DNA from: Bacillota bacterium
Lineage (GTDB): Bacteria > Bacillota > Clostridia > Acetivibrionales > JANLFN01
Length of the DNA stretch: 64,000 nt
Direction: 5' to 3'
Assembly: GCA_023421675.1 (NCBI GenBank)
Contig: JAEZTC010000009.1
Location: 52,408 to 116,407 of the forward strand
The notes beneath the pieces were generated by a model. It had not been told where the DNA came from and did no database searches. It was given only the letters and a program-made list of their open reading frames with translations. Each line of letters begins with the position of its first letter. Position 1 is the stretch's first letter. Shown here one piece after another: positions 63,191 through 64,000 of this stretch. The position numbers and the translations under genes were made by a program.

Positions 63191-63712
63191 TTACCAGTTC
63201 AAATCGTTTCTTTTTCTTTCCAGCCTTTGCTGACGCCTTTTTTCAGCTTCAATGTAATCATTCTTTTCAGTATCTGTCTCAGGCAATAGCGGCGGAACCG
63301 AAGCAGGCTTTCCACTGTCATCAAGTGCCACAAAAGTGAGGTAAGCCTTGTTTGTCATTATGACATTGCCTGATCTCATATTTTCAGCGTAAGCTTTCAC
63401 CAGTACCTCCATGGAAGTTTTACCCGTCCAGGTAAGCTTTGCTTTAAGTCTTACAAGTTCACCCATTCTTGCGGGATGTCTGAAATCAAGGCTGTCGAGC
63501 GCAACCGTAGCTACTATTCTATTTGAATGTCTTGAAGCAGCCATAGCTCCTGCAAGGTCCATCCAATGCATAAGTCTTCCGCCCAGAAGATTTCCAAGCA
63601 GGTTAGTATCATTGGGAAGTACAAGCTCTGTCATTTCAACTTCGGACTGATATGGTGTCTTTCCCTGTACACCATTGGTTTGTTCGTTTTCCTTGCTCTG
63701 CACAATAAACAC
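63191..63712 (-). CDS. acyl-CoA thioesterase (hotdog fold, YciA/BFIT-like)
   Basis: MTELVLPNDTNLLGNLLGGRLMHWMDLAGAMAASRH...VATVALDSLDFRHP... Confidence 0.88.
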   Translation of the reverse strand: MFIVQSKENEQTNGVQGKTPYQSEVEMTELVLPNDTNLLGNLLGGRLMHWMDLAGAMAASRHSNRIVATVALDSLDFRHPARMGELVRLKAKLTWTGKTSMEVLVKAYAENMRSGNVIMTNKAYLTFVALDDSGKPASVPPLLPETDTEKNDYIEAEKRRQQRLERKRNDLNW

Positions 63713-63717
63713 CTCTT

Positions 63718-64000
63718 TTATTCTTTTTCGGCTTTCATATATTCGTATAAAAGGTTCATGATTTCATCCCTGGTACTTGCAGCAAAAACCTTCTCCTTTA
63801 TTCTTGTGGCATTACGCATGCCTTTGATATACCATGCTACATGCTTTCTCATTTCAAGTACACCTGTACGTTCCCCTTTTAATTCAATCAGCATATTTGC
63901 ATGACGGATGATTGTCTGAATTTTATCTTCAGGAACAGGATCAGGAAGCAATTCCCCATGCTTAAGAAAATGCAGCGTGTTACGGAATATCCAGGGATTA
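63718..64000 (-). CDS. dusB: tRNA-dihydrouridine synthase, C-terminal part (5' end lies right of the window)
   Basis: The reading frame is open to the window edge. ...GERTGVLEMRKHVAWYIKGMRNATRIKEKVFAASTRDEIMNLL is the typical DusB C-terminal helical domain. Confidence 0.8.
   Translation of the reverse strand, partial: NPWIFRNTLHFLKHGELLPDPVPEDKIQTIIRHANMLIELKGERTGVLEMRKHVAWYIKGMRNATRIKEKVFAASTRDEIMNLLYEYMKAEKE

Noticed and set aside
1-64000. A search by eye for rRNA, tRNA, CRISPR arrays, integrases/transposases, restriction-modification or other recognisable defence-system genes.
   Set aside because: None found. The only toxin-antitoxin pair is the conserved chromosomal alr-linked mazEF. 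Absence is based on visual inspection and the ORF track only, not on covariance-model or HMM searches.

Overview
This is a 64-kb chromosomal segment of a low-GC Gram-positive genome that looks like a Clostridia-type anaerobe. Supporting genes are a SigI/RsgI pair, ctsR-mcsA-mcsB-clpC, disA-radA, a SpoVB-like flippase, and CsaB/TagA/SLH cell-wall chemistry; the organism assignment is inference only. The window is gene-dense and about 85% of genes are on the minus strand. I found no rRNA, tRNA, CRISPR array, transposase or prophage genes.

Gene content, left to right:
- rpsF-ssb
- a sigI-rsgI module plus a secreted discoidin/CBM-like protein
- disA-radA
- a cytoplasmic GH15
- an envelope cluster of two paralogous membrane GT2 synthases bracketing four tandem LtaS/MdoB-family paralogs
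- the ctsR operon
- a CDF metal exporter
- a split transketolase
- a sigY-yxlCDEFG-like ECF operon
- an amino-acid ABC transporter
- a secondary cell-wall polymer pyruvylation module: a GT4-CsaB fusion, TagA, and an SLH-like FAD protein
- an AT-rich orphan secreted-protein module
- alr-mazEF
- nnr
- a long glycopolymer operon: a MurJ-like flippase, two acetyltransferases, a GT4, DUF4330, an O-antigen-ligase-like protein, and a large polytopic protein
- a MocR regulator
- hsp20
- a spoVB-like gene, a thioesterase, and the dusB 3' end

Most interesting observations:
1. The GT2 / 4x LtaS-like / GT2 / GH15 cluster is a possibly uncharacterised glycerol-phosphate polymer or decorated-glycan system.
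2. An approximately 185-nt multi-hairpin repeat is present twice. Each copy sits 35-42 nt upstream of a minus-strand start codon, and one copy splits ctsR from mcsA.
3. An approximately 209-nt imperfect palindrome fills the gap between two genes of the glycopolymer operon.
4. A promoter, structured leader and intrinsic terminator precede a CDF exporter that itself has three tandem cytoplasmic domains.
5. Two SigI-type promoter candidates share the same ACCCC-N20-CGAA spacing.
6. Canonical CtsR operators lie at ctsR (inside the longest ORF) and flank the hsp20 promoter.

All calls come from reading the sequence and the ORF track. No database search was run.
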